Of a stretch of DNA of 64,000 bases, positions 52,902 through 64,000 are shown one piece after another (positions within the stretch are counted from its first letter, which is position 1; each line of letters begins with the position of its first letter). The stretch is from NCBI GenBank assembly GCA_047967505.1, contig CM106538.1; one strand, 5' to 3'. The stretch comes from Dipteris shenzhenensis (Eukaryota). A model generated the notes under the pieces. The model did not search any database. It worked only from the letters and a program-made list of their open reading frames with translations, and was not told where the DNA came from. Both the position numbers and the translations under genes were made by a program.

Positions 52902-53914
52902 AGTAGAGTAAGCTGGTTCCTGCATAGTTACATAAGAATGGAGCATTGATATCTAACACCCCCCCTCAATGTCCACCCGCAAGTGAACTTACTTTTTCGG
53001 TCCAATGCCAAGTCGATAAAGATGCCTCTCCAGCAAGTCTCTTCTAGCAGCCTTTGTGAAGATGTCCACAACATTCTCTGTAGTCGGACAGTATACCAAG
53101 TCGACCTCTCCATCCATGATGAGCTCGTGTACAAAGTGATATTGAATCTCAATGTGTTTTGTGCAAGCGTGGAACACAGGGTTCTTTGCAATCGCCATGC
53201 AACTTTGATTGTCACATGATAACTACGTAAGGCTTGTTCTACACTGCATCCATGTCCCCCAGAATCCTCCTCAACCACACTACCTCGCAAGAAGCAAAGC
53301 ATGCTGATTTGTACTCAGTCTCGGTAGAAGAAAGAGCAACTGTGGGTTGCTTCTTGCTGACCCATGACACAGCTCCAGATCTAAGTGAGAAATAGTAACC
53401 TGTCACTGATCTCCTGCTGTCCATGTCTCTTGACCAATCCGAGTCACAAAATCAGGTCAAGATGTTGCCCTTGGTATAGGTGATGCCATAATCAAGTGTG
53501 CCTTTGATGTATTTCAGCACCCGCATCCCTGCCCTCCAATGGTTCTCCCGGGGCTTATTGGAAAACCTGCTTAGTCTACCAGTCGCAAAGCTGATGTCCG
53601 ACTGTGTGTTGCACAAGTAAATCAAACTGTCCACAAGCCTTCTGTACTTCGCTTCATCCACCAGTGGTGATGAATCCTCATTTGAGAGCTTCACGTCAAC
53701 CTCCATAGGGTACCAACTGTCTTGCACTTAGCCAAATGCCTTCAGTATCTCTCCAGCATACTTCAGTTGTGAAATGATGATCTATTTCCGCTCTTGCCAA
53801 ACGTCAATCCCCAAATAGAAATGCGTCAGTCCGAGATCTATCATTTTAAACTCTCTTCCTAGCATATGCTTTGTCTGTGAGATCTTCTCTTCATGGTTCC
53901 CTGTTAGATGGTCG
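52902..53914 (-). mobile_element. Ty1/Copia fragment D (RT end, RNaseH, PPT, start of LTR), different family
   Basis: FKMIDLG, YRRLVDSLIYL, SKKQPTVALSSTETEY, FHACTKHIEIQYHF. PPT gaggggggg then TGTTAG at 52958. Truncated at ~53914. Confidence 0.9.
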
Positions 53915-54008
53915 CAGTGCTCCCGCTGCGCCTGTAGAGAAGGCAACAACACCCCCGCCACCTCCACCGAAGCGAATCCTTCCTCTCCCCTTTCATTCCC
54001 ACAATCCA

Positions 54009-54030
54009 TGTGTGTGTGTGTGTGTGTGTG
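54009..54030. repeat. (TG)11 microsatellite
   Basis: Read directly from the sequence. Confidence 0.95.
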
Positions 54031-55109
54031 AGTGTGTTCTGTTCGACCATCCGTGCATAGAGCTAAATCTGGCAGCACATAGCTAAATCTGGCAGTGCCA
54101 TTTGTCCGTGCATAGAAAGCTTGACTGATACAAAGCTGAGCATATTAAGGTGGTGGCTGTCGTTATTGATCAAGTCAATACCTTTAGAATCTCGCTAAAC
54201 ATGGGTCCTCGATGAGCTGGCCCTTTTGGCCACATGGGCGGCAAACCACTGATTTGACCGAGTCTTTTTGCCCGCCAACTCCCGTTTTCAATTATTATCT
54301 AGCGTAACACCCTAATCTTTGGGAGTCTCTGATCATCGAATCCTGCCATTGATTGTTGCCCATGAGTCTGATAGAGTAGGGGACTTGCCAGAGAGCCGGA
54401 AAATCCTTTCAAAAGCATGTTAGAAGACCTTCAAATGGCCACAGCTAGTTGTATATACCACCTTGGGCATTCCCATTCTCTACACAATTAACTGGCAATG
54501 ACTCCATACTCTTTTGCAATCTTTTTAGTTCAAACCAGCCAGCTTTCAGCTAGGACTTGGTGCTATTAGTGTGCTCTCAGCCTACTTGGCCTTATGTGTG
54601 GTTGACAAGGTGGGCTTGAGAATCGTACTCCTTGTCTGCACGCTTCCATAATCACATTTGTAGCTGTATATCACCATACATGTCAACAGTTTTATGTCCA
54701 TTTCATGCTTCATTTTGAACATGTTAATGATGATTTTGCTGTAATTTGTTCCTCATTTCCTTTACTTTACAATAGGTTTTGCTGCTACTGCAAATAATGC
54801 ATTGAGAAGGCCTATGTTTCTACTTCAACTCACATGTTTTTGGTTGGAATTTGTTTATAGGTGCTGTAATTTGTTACTAGTTGCTAGAGTAGCTGTAAGC
54901 TTCAAAAGGAGATTGTTGGCTTGAAGCAACTCTGATTCTTCCATACTTTGCTCCAGGTTTTATGTCCATTTCATCCTTCATTTGAACATGTTAATGATGG
55001 TTTTGCTGTAATTTTCTCCTCATTTTCTTTACTTTACAAAAGGTTTTTCTGTCCATTTGAGATTATCTTGTTGGGCACCTTTTTTGTTATCTAGCCCTTT
55101 TATAGGAGC

Positions 55110-58100
55110 ATGGAGAGGCATGATATTGTGATTGTGTTAGATGAGGGTGTGGCTGAAAATCATGTGTTGGGATATGTTCATCTTAAAACCGGTGGTACCT
55201 ACAAGGACTTGAGAGAAGAGATCATCCTTGATAATCTCATCATAGATGAGTTTATATTTTTGGGAGGATCTAGGAAAATTCTAATAGGGGCCAAGCAAGA
55301 GGAGAGATGGATAGTTGATGTTGCAGAAGTAACCATCCAATTGAAAATGGAATATGATACACAAGGCAAACGCCAAAAAGTGGACTCAGTTGGAGATAGC
55401 AATAAAATGCAGCCAAAGTGTACAGTGTCTCCAGATTTATGTATGCATGATCTTGCTCAAGGGTGTGAGAGGTACAATATGGTGGATGATTTGACTACGT
55501 GTGGTAGTGTTTTTAAGAATTGATTGAAGAATCACCTTGCAACACCATCTGAGGTCAAAAAATGGCAGAGGGAGATTAAGATAGCCAAAGAAAAGTTAAG
55601 AGCAAAAGGCCGACATGATAGATTTGAGCTCATGTCAAAGGACAAGGATGGTAAAGCATTGTTTCAGATTTGGTGTGAGGAGTGTGATTGCTCTTATGGT
55701 CAAGGGGGTCCTAACACTTTGTATAATTACACACACTCACACATCAACTCAGCATCCCATATGAGGATTATTGGGTTATGTGAGCAAGAGAGCCATAGAA
55801 AAGATAGCCTTGGTTCATTGGATGACATTATGGAATTAGGAAAAGAAAAAGTAAATGAAGCAATGTTGGAGGTTTCAACCTTTGCAAGTGAGAGTAATGT
55901 GGTGTTTCAACTAGTAACAGAGACTATTGGAGATTATAGCACTCTATCAAAAGTCTATATAAGTTGCATGCTAGATAACAAGTGGATACCACTATTTCCA
56001 AAGACATGATCTCTACGACAATGCATGATTGAGCATATGAAATCCAAGCTACATATCACAAAGGCTAGTGGCATTGATTCTAGTAATCAAGTGAAGAGGG
56101 CTGGTGGTCGCCCATCCAAGGTGACAATTATAGATAAGAAGCAAAGAGATCTAAGTGGTTTTTTCAAGAAATGTTCTGCTAAAGGTAAAACTCACATGTT
56201 CTAGCTGTGTTTTCCATCAGCTTTGTATTTTCCAAGTGAACATTTTTTCTTATGCTCTATTGTTATGTTTTCTTATAGATAATGACACCTTGCAAACTGC
56301 CAATGCATCACGAAAGTCATCAGGTATTTCTCATATGCTTCTATTTTCAATCATTATTTCTGATTTTTTATAGAGATGTTAGGTGTAGCTAGTCATATGG
56401 CTTTTGGCTCTCTCTCCATTAGGCAAATTTTCAAGCTTCTATTTTCAATCACTATTTCTGTTTTTTTATAGAGATGTTAGGTGTAGCTAGTCATATGGCT
56501 TTTGGCTCTCTCTCCATCAAGTCTATTGGGAACTTAACAGATTCCTCCTTTGCTCACAGAGAGTAGCTTGCTTGCAACCTTGTGTTGGGGTTTTTGGCAA
56601 GGGTCATATAACTATGATGGGAATGTGGTTGACTTGAAGCCCTTTTTGGTTGATAGTAAGGGAGGTGGCAAATGGCACAATGAGCCAGCAACTAAGGCAA
56701 CAATTATGATGGGGCAACAGAGTTCATTGAAATTAATGGCAAATTCCGTCATAAGGATTGCAAGCGGATATGTTTGGAGGGAACATACTTTGATAATTTG
56801 CAGTGTGGTGCATGTGCTACTATTCCTAAAGAACGAGACTTTCGCATGCGAGTGTATTGACAAATTCGATCTTCAGACACTCATGGATCAAGAGACACAG
56901 GAGGTGGTAGACGGTTAGATTATTTGACTCATTTAGAGTTATTGAGAGTAGCAAAAACAAAGTCCACAATGGTTCGGGTATTGAAGAAGGAGATAGCATT
57001 CACAAGAACTGAAGTTGTTGCATTGAGCGTGAAGGTTAGAAGTCTTCGGGAGAGCACTATGGAAGCCATGGTGAGGAAAGATGTTAGAAAATTTTGTCAA
57101 GATATAATCAATGCTCATGAGCTAGGTCTGTTTGAGGGAAAGAAGGCATTGTGGAACTTTTTTGTTGACATTTCACAAAACATTTCAAGAGTAGGTCAAG
57201 GGAAGAGATATTCCAATACAACAAAGGAATTATTTGAGACTGTCAACATATGGGGAGGGACAAGGTTGCATAATTTCTTATCACTTAACCTTGGAGGTCC
57301 ACACATGTCCACCACAATTAGGTCCACAAGAAAAGCACTTTTATTTCGAACTGGTTTACAAGAGGATATATTTCAACATGCAAGAGAAGTTTACACTTAT
57401 CACATGATGAAGAAAGGTATACCCTTGGGTAGTGTGCCAGTTCTTCTAGCTGAGGATGAAACAGTTGTGAAAAGAATGGTGAGATGGGTGGCACGTGATG
57501 ATAATTTGGTTGGCTTTTGTGGTAAAAAGCTAGAACACACTTGCATTCCAGACTTTGTCGTGCAAGTTGGTGATGGTCAAGATGGATATCTTAGAGTTGT
57601 GGATGCTTTTCAACATAATGTGATTGCTCATTATGCAAGGGTATTGATAGTGAATCCTCTTCTTGAATGCTTGCCAAAGCTAGTTCTATTGGTGCAATTG
57701 ACATGTAATAGGTTTGATTCCATGTTTGTCAGAGAAGAGTGGGAGAGCATTCAGCTTTCTTGGAACATTTTTCTAAGGGACGTGGTAGGTCCATTGATAG
57801 GACATGCTTCAGATGGGGATAGTAGGTGCAGAAAGTTGATGTTGCAAGATTACTCTTCTTGTCAAGGTCCCAGGTTGTGCATTCCTTGGAAGGGTTGGCC
57901 CTTTACAGCACACATCACATTTGATGGGAGTATCAGTGGTTTGCATGATCAAGACTATATCCATAATGGAAAGAAACTTATCAATCCTTTGGATAGTGCA
58001 TCTAGGAGCTTGGTACTTAGTAGAGAGCTTGTGACTTTGAATCATGTAGCAATTGTATATCAATTATTCAAGGTTGATGAACATGGCTTGCAAGAAGGGG

Positions 58101-59747
58101 ATATTGAGAGGAAGGATAGACAAAATTGGAGAGCTGCACAAAGGATTGCTGCAAAGAAAGTACAAAAGTGTTTGAAGTTATTACAAGAAGGCTATGGTGC
58201 TCACCAAGAGCGGACATTGGGCACACGTATGTACTTATCAATAGTAGCATCTTACATTGATATTTTCTTATCACCTACCTTAGACTTGTATGGTCGTGTG
58301 AAAGCTGTAGGAAAGGTGTCTTTCTTTTTCAGGTATGTAGAAGTTGCTACCATTGCTATTAGTGATATATGAATAAAGGATTTTGAACATATTTCCAAGG
58401 TTTATGTGGCTAATACTCATGGTTCTTTCTATATGTAGGATTTGGCGCATGTGGATCACTAAACATGATGCATACTCCCTAAAGCAAAACTTTATCAGTA
58501 GAGAAACATTCATTGACATTCAATTGTCATGTCACTTTATGGTTCTCTTGATAAAGACCTTTAGGGAAAAGCATCCTCACTTGCACATACCCCTTTCTTG
58601 CACGGGATCGGATGCATGTGAGAATTTTTTCAGCAAGGTGGGTGGAATGGTTCGGAATGAAAGATGCTATGATGGCTTTGATTTGCTGAGTAGTACAGGA
58701 GCACTTAATAGAATAGCAGAGTTTCAAGCAGGTTCAATTCTTAAATTTCTAGCAGCTCATTCTAAACAAGAAAATATATGGGCTACTTTGGAAAAGGAGA
58801 ATGACACTCCTTTGGCCAACCTGGGAGACTATGCTTGTGTGACTAGTGACAACCATATGGTATCTGCATTGAAAGAGGGATTATTAGAAGCAAAGGCCAT
58901 AAGTGAGACACTTGGTATGCGTGATGAAACTTTTTGGAATGACTCATGGGAGGAGGGAGATCTCTTAGAACTCTTCAACCCTAATCTTGAATATGTGGAT
59001 GAAGATGAATCATTGGATGATGTTCTACTTATAGATGAAGATAATCACTTTGATAGTGGTGTTTGAGGTGATCTGGATGAGGAAATTACTAGTGAAAGTG
59101 AGCTTCATCATGTGATTGATTGTCTAATTGATGAGGAGGAGAAGGTGGCTAGTGAAATATCGCCATTTGTTGAAGTGGATGGGAAAGCCATTTCTAAAAG
59201 CACACTTGTCAGCCAATTGAATGGAAATCCCACACTATCTAAAGATAGATTAACAAGGGTGAAAAGTGGAGTGTATTTTTCTTTGGAGAAGAAGGCAATG
59301 ATTCATACAGGAACATGTCTTGGTATAGGATCTGATTGTGCAGTATTGTTTGAAAGCACATCAATAAGTGCAAACAAAAAGACAAGAGGAAAAGGAAAAG
59401 CTGGGAATACTAGTAAGGGTGATGTAAACGGCATGTGGTACCTTGGAAGGGTGGTAAGCATGAGGAGAAAGGTTGGAAATTGTCTAAAAGAGACAAGAGG
59501 CCCCTTTGATCTATTGGATAGGCCTTTGAATGTTCAAATTCATTTGTCATGGTATCAACAAGCAAAGGGAACTAGGACCTACACATATGACCTTGTTGAC
59601 AACCAATGTGTGGATTTGGAATCTATAATAGCCTTGGCCAATCTCAACTATGATCGACAAACAAAGAAATACCATCTTGATGAGAATGACTACAAACTTT
59701 TCAATGAATATGTTCAGGGCAGAAAAGGTACATTTTCTATTTTTTAA
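55110..59747 (+). mobile_element. P-element-superfamily-like DDE transposase gene with introns and a few disabling stops
   Basis: Motif order LAEDET, ASDGDS, DQDYIHNGKKLINPL (DxxH), DRQNW.AAQ, GSDACENFFSKV, then an acidic tract and SKDRLTRV. GT-AG intron 58333-58438 joins FFFR-IWRMW. Two further probable introns at ~56185-56560. N-terminal CEEC...HINSASH. In-frame TGA at 55521, 56007 and 59064. Confidence 0.7.
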
Positions 59748-60196
59748 ATTTTTGTAAAGTTTATCCATTTTGAAGTCGTCCCTTCCCTTCCCTCCTTCCT
59801 AGTCCATTTGCAGCCCTACTGCTCCAATCTCTAATGTAGATGAAGGTAACATATGTTTTTGTTAATGTGCTTTCAATCCTTCTTATCACATAGGGATCCT
59901 AGGTTTGCAGCATGTAACTTGACAGGAAGCTTATGTTTGTTTTGTAGGATAAATTTGTTGGCAAGCTATGTGGCATGATGCAGCATTTATGAGAAGATGC
60001 CCATAGATGGTCAATGCTAAACTTATGGATTATAGACATGGATTGTAGACATGGATTTTTCGGGTGTTACTCTTGTTTAATTTTTAGTTTTTCTAGTAAA
60101 CATTCAAGATGCATTTTATGTTTTCTACTCTATCAAATTTTGGTTTAGATTCATGGATTGTTCAGGTGTTACTCTTGTGTAACTTCATATTTGCTG

Positions 60197-61131
60197 CTAT
60201 TAAACATCCAAGATGCTTTTCAGCTTTCTCATTCTAGTGTTTGTTTTTTAAGGGAGAAGAAACTTGTTTATGTTAGTGTGTAATCATTCTTATATTGTAT
60301 ATATTGGGTCTACTACAGCTTTCTAGCTTGTCCGCCCCAATAACAGTGAATGTAGTTACTATCTACACTATTCTGAGCAGGTTTTGAGACTGTTGCCAAT
60401 TATGGGAAAGGATTTGGAGCTGTTTACCTCTGTATTTGGCAATACAACATTCAAATTAGTTCATGTTTTGCAAGTACAGGTCTGCATTGGAAGTTCAGTG
60501 AGGTTTGTGCATTGTTTAGCCAAGCATTGGCTAGTGGGTTAATGTGATTTTGTTGGTGCAATACCATTCACAGCATGTGAATCAGTGGGCAGTTTATGCA
60601 TACATCTAAGATGGTTCAGAATCAAAATCTGAATCTAAATTTGGGAGACGTGTTTGAAGTTTTGGCCTATTAAACATCTAAGATGCTTTTCTCATTCTAG
60701 TGTTTGTTTTTTAAGGGAGAAGAAACTTGTTTATGTTAGTGTGTAATCATTCTTATATGCTATATATTGGGTCTACTACAGCTTTCTAGCTTGTCCGCCC
60801 CAATAACAGTGAATGTAGTTGCTGTCTACACTATTCTGAGCAGGTTTTGAGACTGTTGCCAAGTATGGGAAAGGATTTGGAGCTATTTACCTCTGTATTT
60901 GTTGGCAATACAACATTCAAATTAGTTCATGTTTTGCAAGTACAGGTCTGCATTGGAAGTTCAGTGAGGTTTGTGCATTGTTTAGCCAAGCATTGGCTAG
61001 TGGGTTAATGTGATTTTGTTGGTGCAATACCATTCACAACATGTGAATCAGTGGGCAGTTTATGCATACATCTAAGATGGTTCAGAATCAAAATCTGAAT
61101 CTAAATTCGGGAGACGTTTGAAGTTTTGGCC
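60197..61131. repeat. Near-identical tandem duplication of ~465-470 bp
   Basis: 60197-60666 and 60667-61131 align almost base for base. Confidence 0.92.
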
Positions 61132-61132
61132 T

Positions 61133-61440
61133 GGGAGGATAAATTGGATGGAACCAAGTATTCCATGTGGAGTTTTATGGTGAATAATGTGTTAGTTGGT
61201 AAGAGTATATGGGGCTATGTTAGAGGTGATGAGGCTTGTCTTGTAGATCTAGTTATTGCTTCTGCTACACCTTTGTAAGGAGGTAATGCATATGATATGC
61301 AGCTAGCTTCGATAAGGCCAGCTACACCTGTTGCTCCCATTGAGGATTAAAGGAGATGGGATTAAGGGATGCCCAGGCTATGCCACTTATAGCCTTGTCC
61401 ATTAAAAGGATCATCATACCTCGTATCTGTTCCTCCAACA
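61133..61440 (+). mobile_element. Copia gag N-terminal fragment
   Basis: EDKLDGTKYSMWSFMVNNVLVGKSIWGYVRG matches the Copia gag start motif. Stops follow. Confidence 0.7.
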
Positions 61441-62655
61441 TACTTGGAGAATATGTATTGGGCAAGGAAGGAGGATAGGCTTACTTGAAAAGACATCTTG
61501 ATAGTATTTCAAGAGCTTTACTTATGGAAATACATTGGTGGATATGTATACTCTTTGTAGATGTACAGTCAATACGTATGCAAAATGGTATAATGTTGCC
61601 TTGGTTAGCATGTCGATGTAGGTGATTAGCATGTAATGGATGTAATGCCAACAAATGAGTGCTCTTATCATCACTATTAGGCATGAATCAAGAACATCTA
61701 TTTTGATAGATGTAACTTTAACAAATGCTGTTATCATCATTATTAGGCTTGAATCAAGAATTACCATGCTAACCATGTATGGTAACAAGTGTGCGGAGGG
61801 TGTGCGGATGACAGATGGATGTTTGACAAAATATGATAGCCGTCTTATAGTCTTGTTGTTTGACAAAATAGGATAGCTGTCTTGACGTAGGTTTAAGGAA
61901 AGGGGGGGAGCACACTAGACTTTTTCTTGTACCTTATAAGCTTAAATAGGGGTGTTTTATAATCCTACATGGATCTTAAATAGGGGGTTTTCTTGAAGTT
62001 CATGCATGCAGGTGACGTCCCCCTTTAATGAAGAGTGAATCCCTCGGGGCTCTGATTCACAATAAAGAAGGACAACACAATTTACGCCACACGTCTAGAA
62101 TTGGCAATAGATAATTTGTTCTTTCCAAGAAATATGCAATGCACTTTGTGATGCCGCCTCCAAAAACAAACCAATTTCTTGAATTGATACTTGCATTGGA
62201 GATCCTCAAACTTGTGTAGGAGCAATTTCCCATTGTCGAAGCAAAGAGAATGCAGTCAAAGATAATGCTTGAATACTTTCAAGGTGCCATCATACAGGGA
62301 CCTAAGGTAAAAGGATCTACACATGAGGCAGAAACTACATGAGGCGAGGCACAACATACAACCTTGGTTCAGGGTCATACAGATAAGAGAGGAAGTGGAA
62401 TGGCTGAGACACATGAGGTAGAAACTACAAGGGAAAAGACACAACATGAAACCTCAGTTTAAGGTCATATAGATGAGAGAGGAAATGGAGTGGGTGAGAC
62501 ACATGCGGTAGCCTTAGATGAGGGTGTCACACACATGGATGCTCACTTGGATGATGTGACTCAATCAAGACTTTGGCCTAGAGAGTATCTCAGTTGTTGA
62601 TGGCACTAGAAAAAGTGTTGCTCCATCTTCCAAGAGATCTGGGACCTGCAAGGAG

Positions 62656-63624
62656 TTGGAAGATGCAGAATGCTTGGTTGTAGCACAGACTTCTGACGAA
62701 GTAGACTTAAATATAGAGGTCTCAGGTAACGAATTACTTACTGGGCAACCTGAATTGGTGTCAGAGTGCATCTCGGAATTTACCACTGAAAAGGCTGATA
62801 CTTTGTTTGCTTTGCAAAGTAATGCAGTGCCATCCTTTACTGCATCAAAGGCTACAACTGGTCTAGCAACTGAGATTGAGTTTCTAGCCCATACGTATGT
62901 TAGAAGACGTAAGAATCTAAAGCATCGATCTTCAGATAGTGCGGAGGGTATCACAAACCTGAAAGCACCTGCTTTGCCAAAGCATGCACAAAACAAAGAG
63001 CATTCATTGCCTGAAATTAAAGTAGATGTGTTTGGACCCTATGTGGGCAAAAATGAGGACAGGCCTATTGTCAAAAGAGCTGGGCAGGTGGAGAGATTCC
63101 TTTCAGTCAGAAATAGAAACAGTGACACAACTGTATATTGCATGAAGCTAAGTGGAAAAAGCTACAAGAATGCAGTGTATGTATCTGAAAGCTTTGTTTT
63201 GAAAAATTATCCTCAACTACTAAGGAATTTCTTGAGGCGGATGGATGATCTACATAGAGTGGATGGGAATTCAGGAGAGAAAGTGGACAGTCCTACCTTT
63301 GACCCCTTGTACCTTCAAGTTGACAGGATTGTTGCAGCTGAATAAAGAGGTCGCAAGAAATGCTATTTGGTAAAGTGGCATGGACTGCCTTATTCTGAAT
63401 CAACTTGGGAGTCTGAAGACACGATGCTCGGTGAGAAGGAGGCAATGAAACAATTTTTGCGGATAAATACAAAAGGTGCACCTCCAAGTAGCACAACTAC
63501 TTTCAAAGATGGCCGTGTGCTTCGGGACTATCAGAAAAAGGGGTTGGCGTGGATGGACCATAATTTTAAAAAACGCATCAATTGTATCCTTGCAGATGAG
63601 ATGGGTCTGGGAAAGACTATGCAG
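62656..63624 (+). pseudogene. CHD-type chromatin remodeller fragment (tandem chromodomains and start of SNF2 ATPase) with an in-frame stop
   Basis: FDPLYLQVDRIVAAE*RGRKKCYLVKWHGLPYSESTWE then LRDYQKKGLAWM...CILADEMGLGKTMQ, followed by a GT donor at 63625. TAA at 63343-63345 is in frame. 90-bp repeats lie upstream at 62319-62510. Confidence 0.8.
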
Positions 63625-64000
63625 GTCAGTGTCCTCCTTGTTTTCTTGCAAATGCTAGGCCAAAGAATGTTTTGCAATGTCTCTTCTTAGGGGGGTGGAA
63701 GGTGCGATTGAAAGGCCATGTATGCTGCACTTTATGTTACTGTGATGGAGCTTTTTTAAATAATTATATACAAATATCAACATTTCACGTGCTTGATCAC
63801 TATGAGATTGAGAGAGTGTTTGAAAACTCAGAAACACAGAGAAACTCAATGGTCAATGTGTTCGCTGCTGGCCAGATGATTGGAAATTCATCTTTGGAGT
63901 ACCCTACCTATGACAAGGGGTCCTCCTCTACACCTGAGGTGGAAGGAATTGTTTTAGACTATCACGGGAATGCTTGTACACACCAAAATAATCATATTGA

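Noticed and set aside
61900-61920. gggagcac as the right TIR matching cagtgctccc at 53915
   Set aside because: Only 8 bp match, it lacks the terminal TG, there is no TSD, and Copia D does not resume.
63343-63345. In-frame stops here and in the transposases as RNA editing or recoding sites
   Set aside because: U-to-C editing in plants is organellar. These stops are more simply explained by mutational decay (e.g. C-to-T), and frameshifts co-occur in the transposases.

Overview
Eukaryotic land-plant nuclear DNA, dense in transposons. A non-flowering lineage such as a fern is my inference from the transposon types, not something the sequence proves. Only one host gene is clearly intact: a 6-exon OPT3-type oligopeptide/iron transporter (30784-33864, +, 746 aa by my splice model). 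The rest is nested, mostly decayed mobile DNA. It includes three related Ty1/Copia copies sharing a ~231-bp LTR, two further Copia fragments, two L1-type LINEs, a hAT fragment, a probable solo LTR and several tandem arrays. Four things stand out. (1) Two divergent copies of a DDD transposase resemble Sola2 (DFxENY / WSDG / HGKGEHDG). They lie among decayed opposite-strand ORFs: a protein kinase, a coiled-coil+RING protein and an FCP1/NIF-type phosphatase. A conserved nested hairpin and inverted repeat arrays are nearby. This suggests large multi-gene cargo transposons. (2) An intron-containing P-element-like transposase (EDET / SDGD / DxxH / ENFFS) lacks an obvious THAP domain. (3) A 294-bp MITE has CATGG termini and a perfect 8-bp TSD. 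(4) A CHD gene fragment looks like the CHD7/Kismet subfamily. All family calls come from motif recognition by eye; no database search was run.
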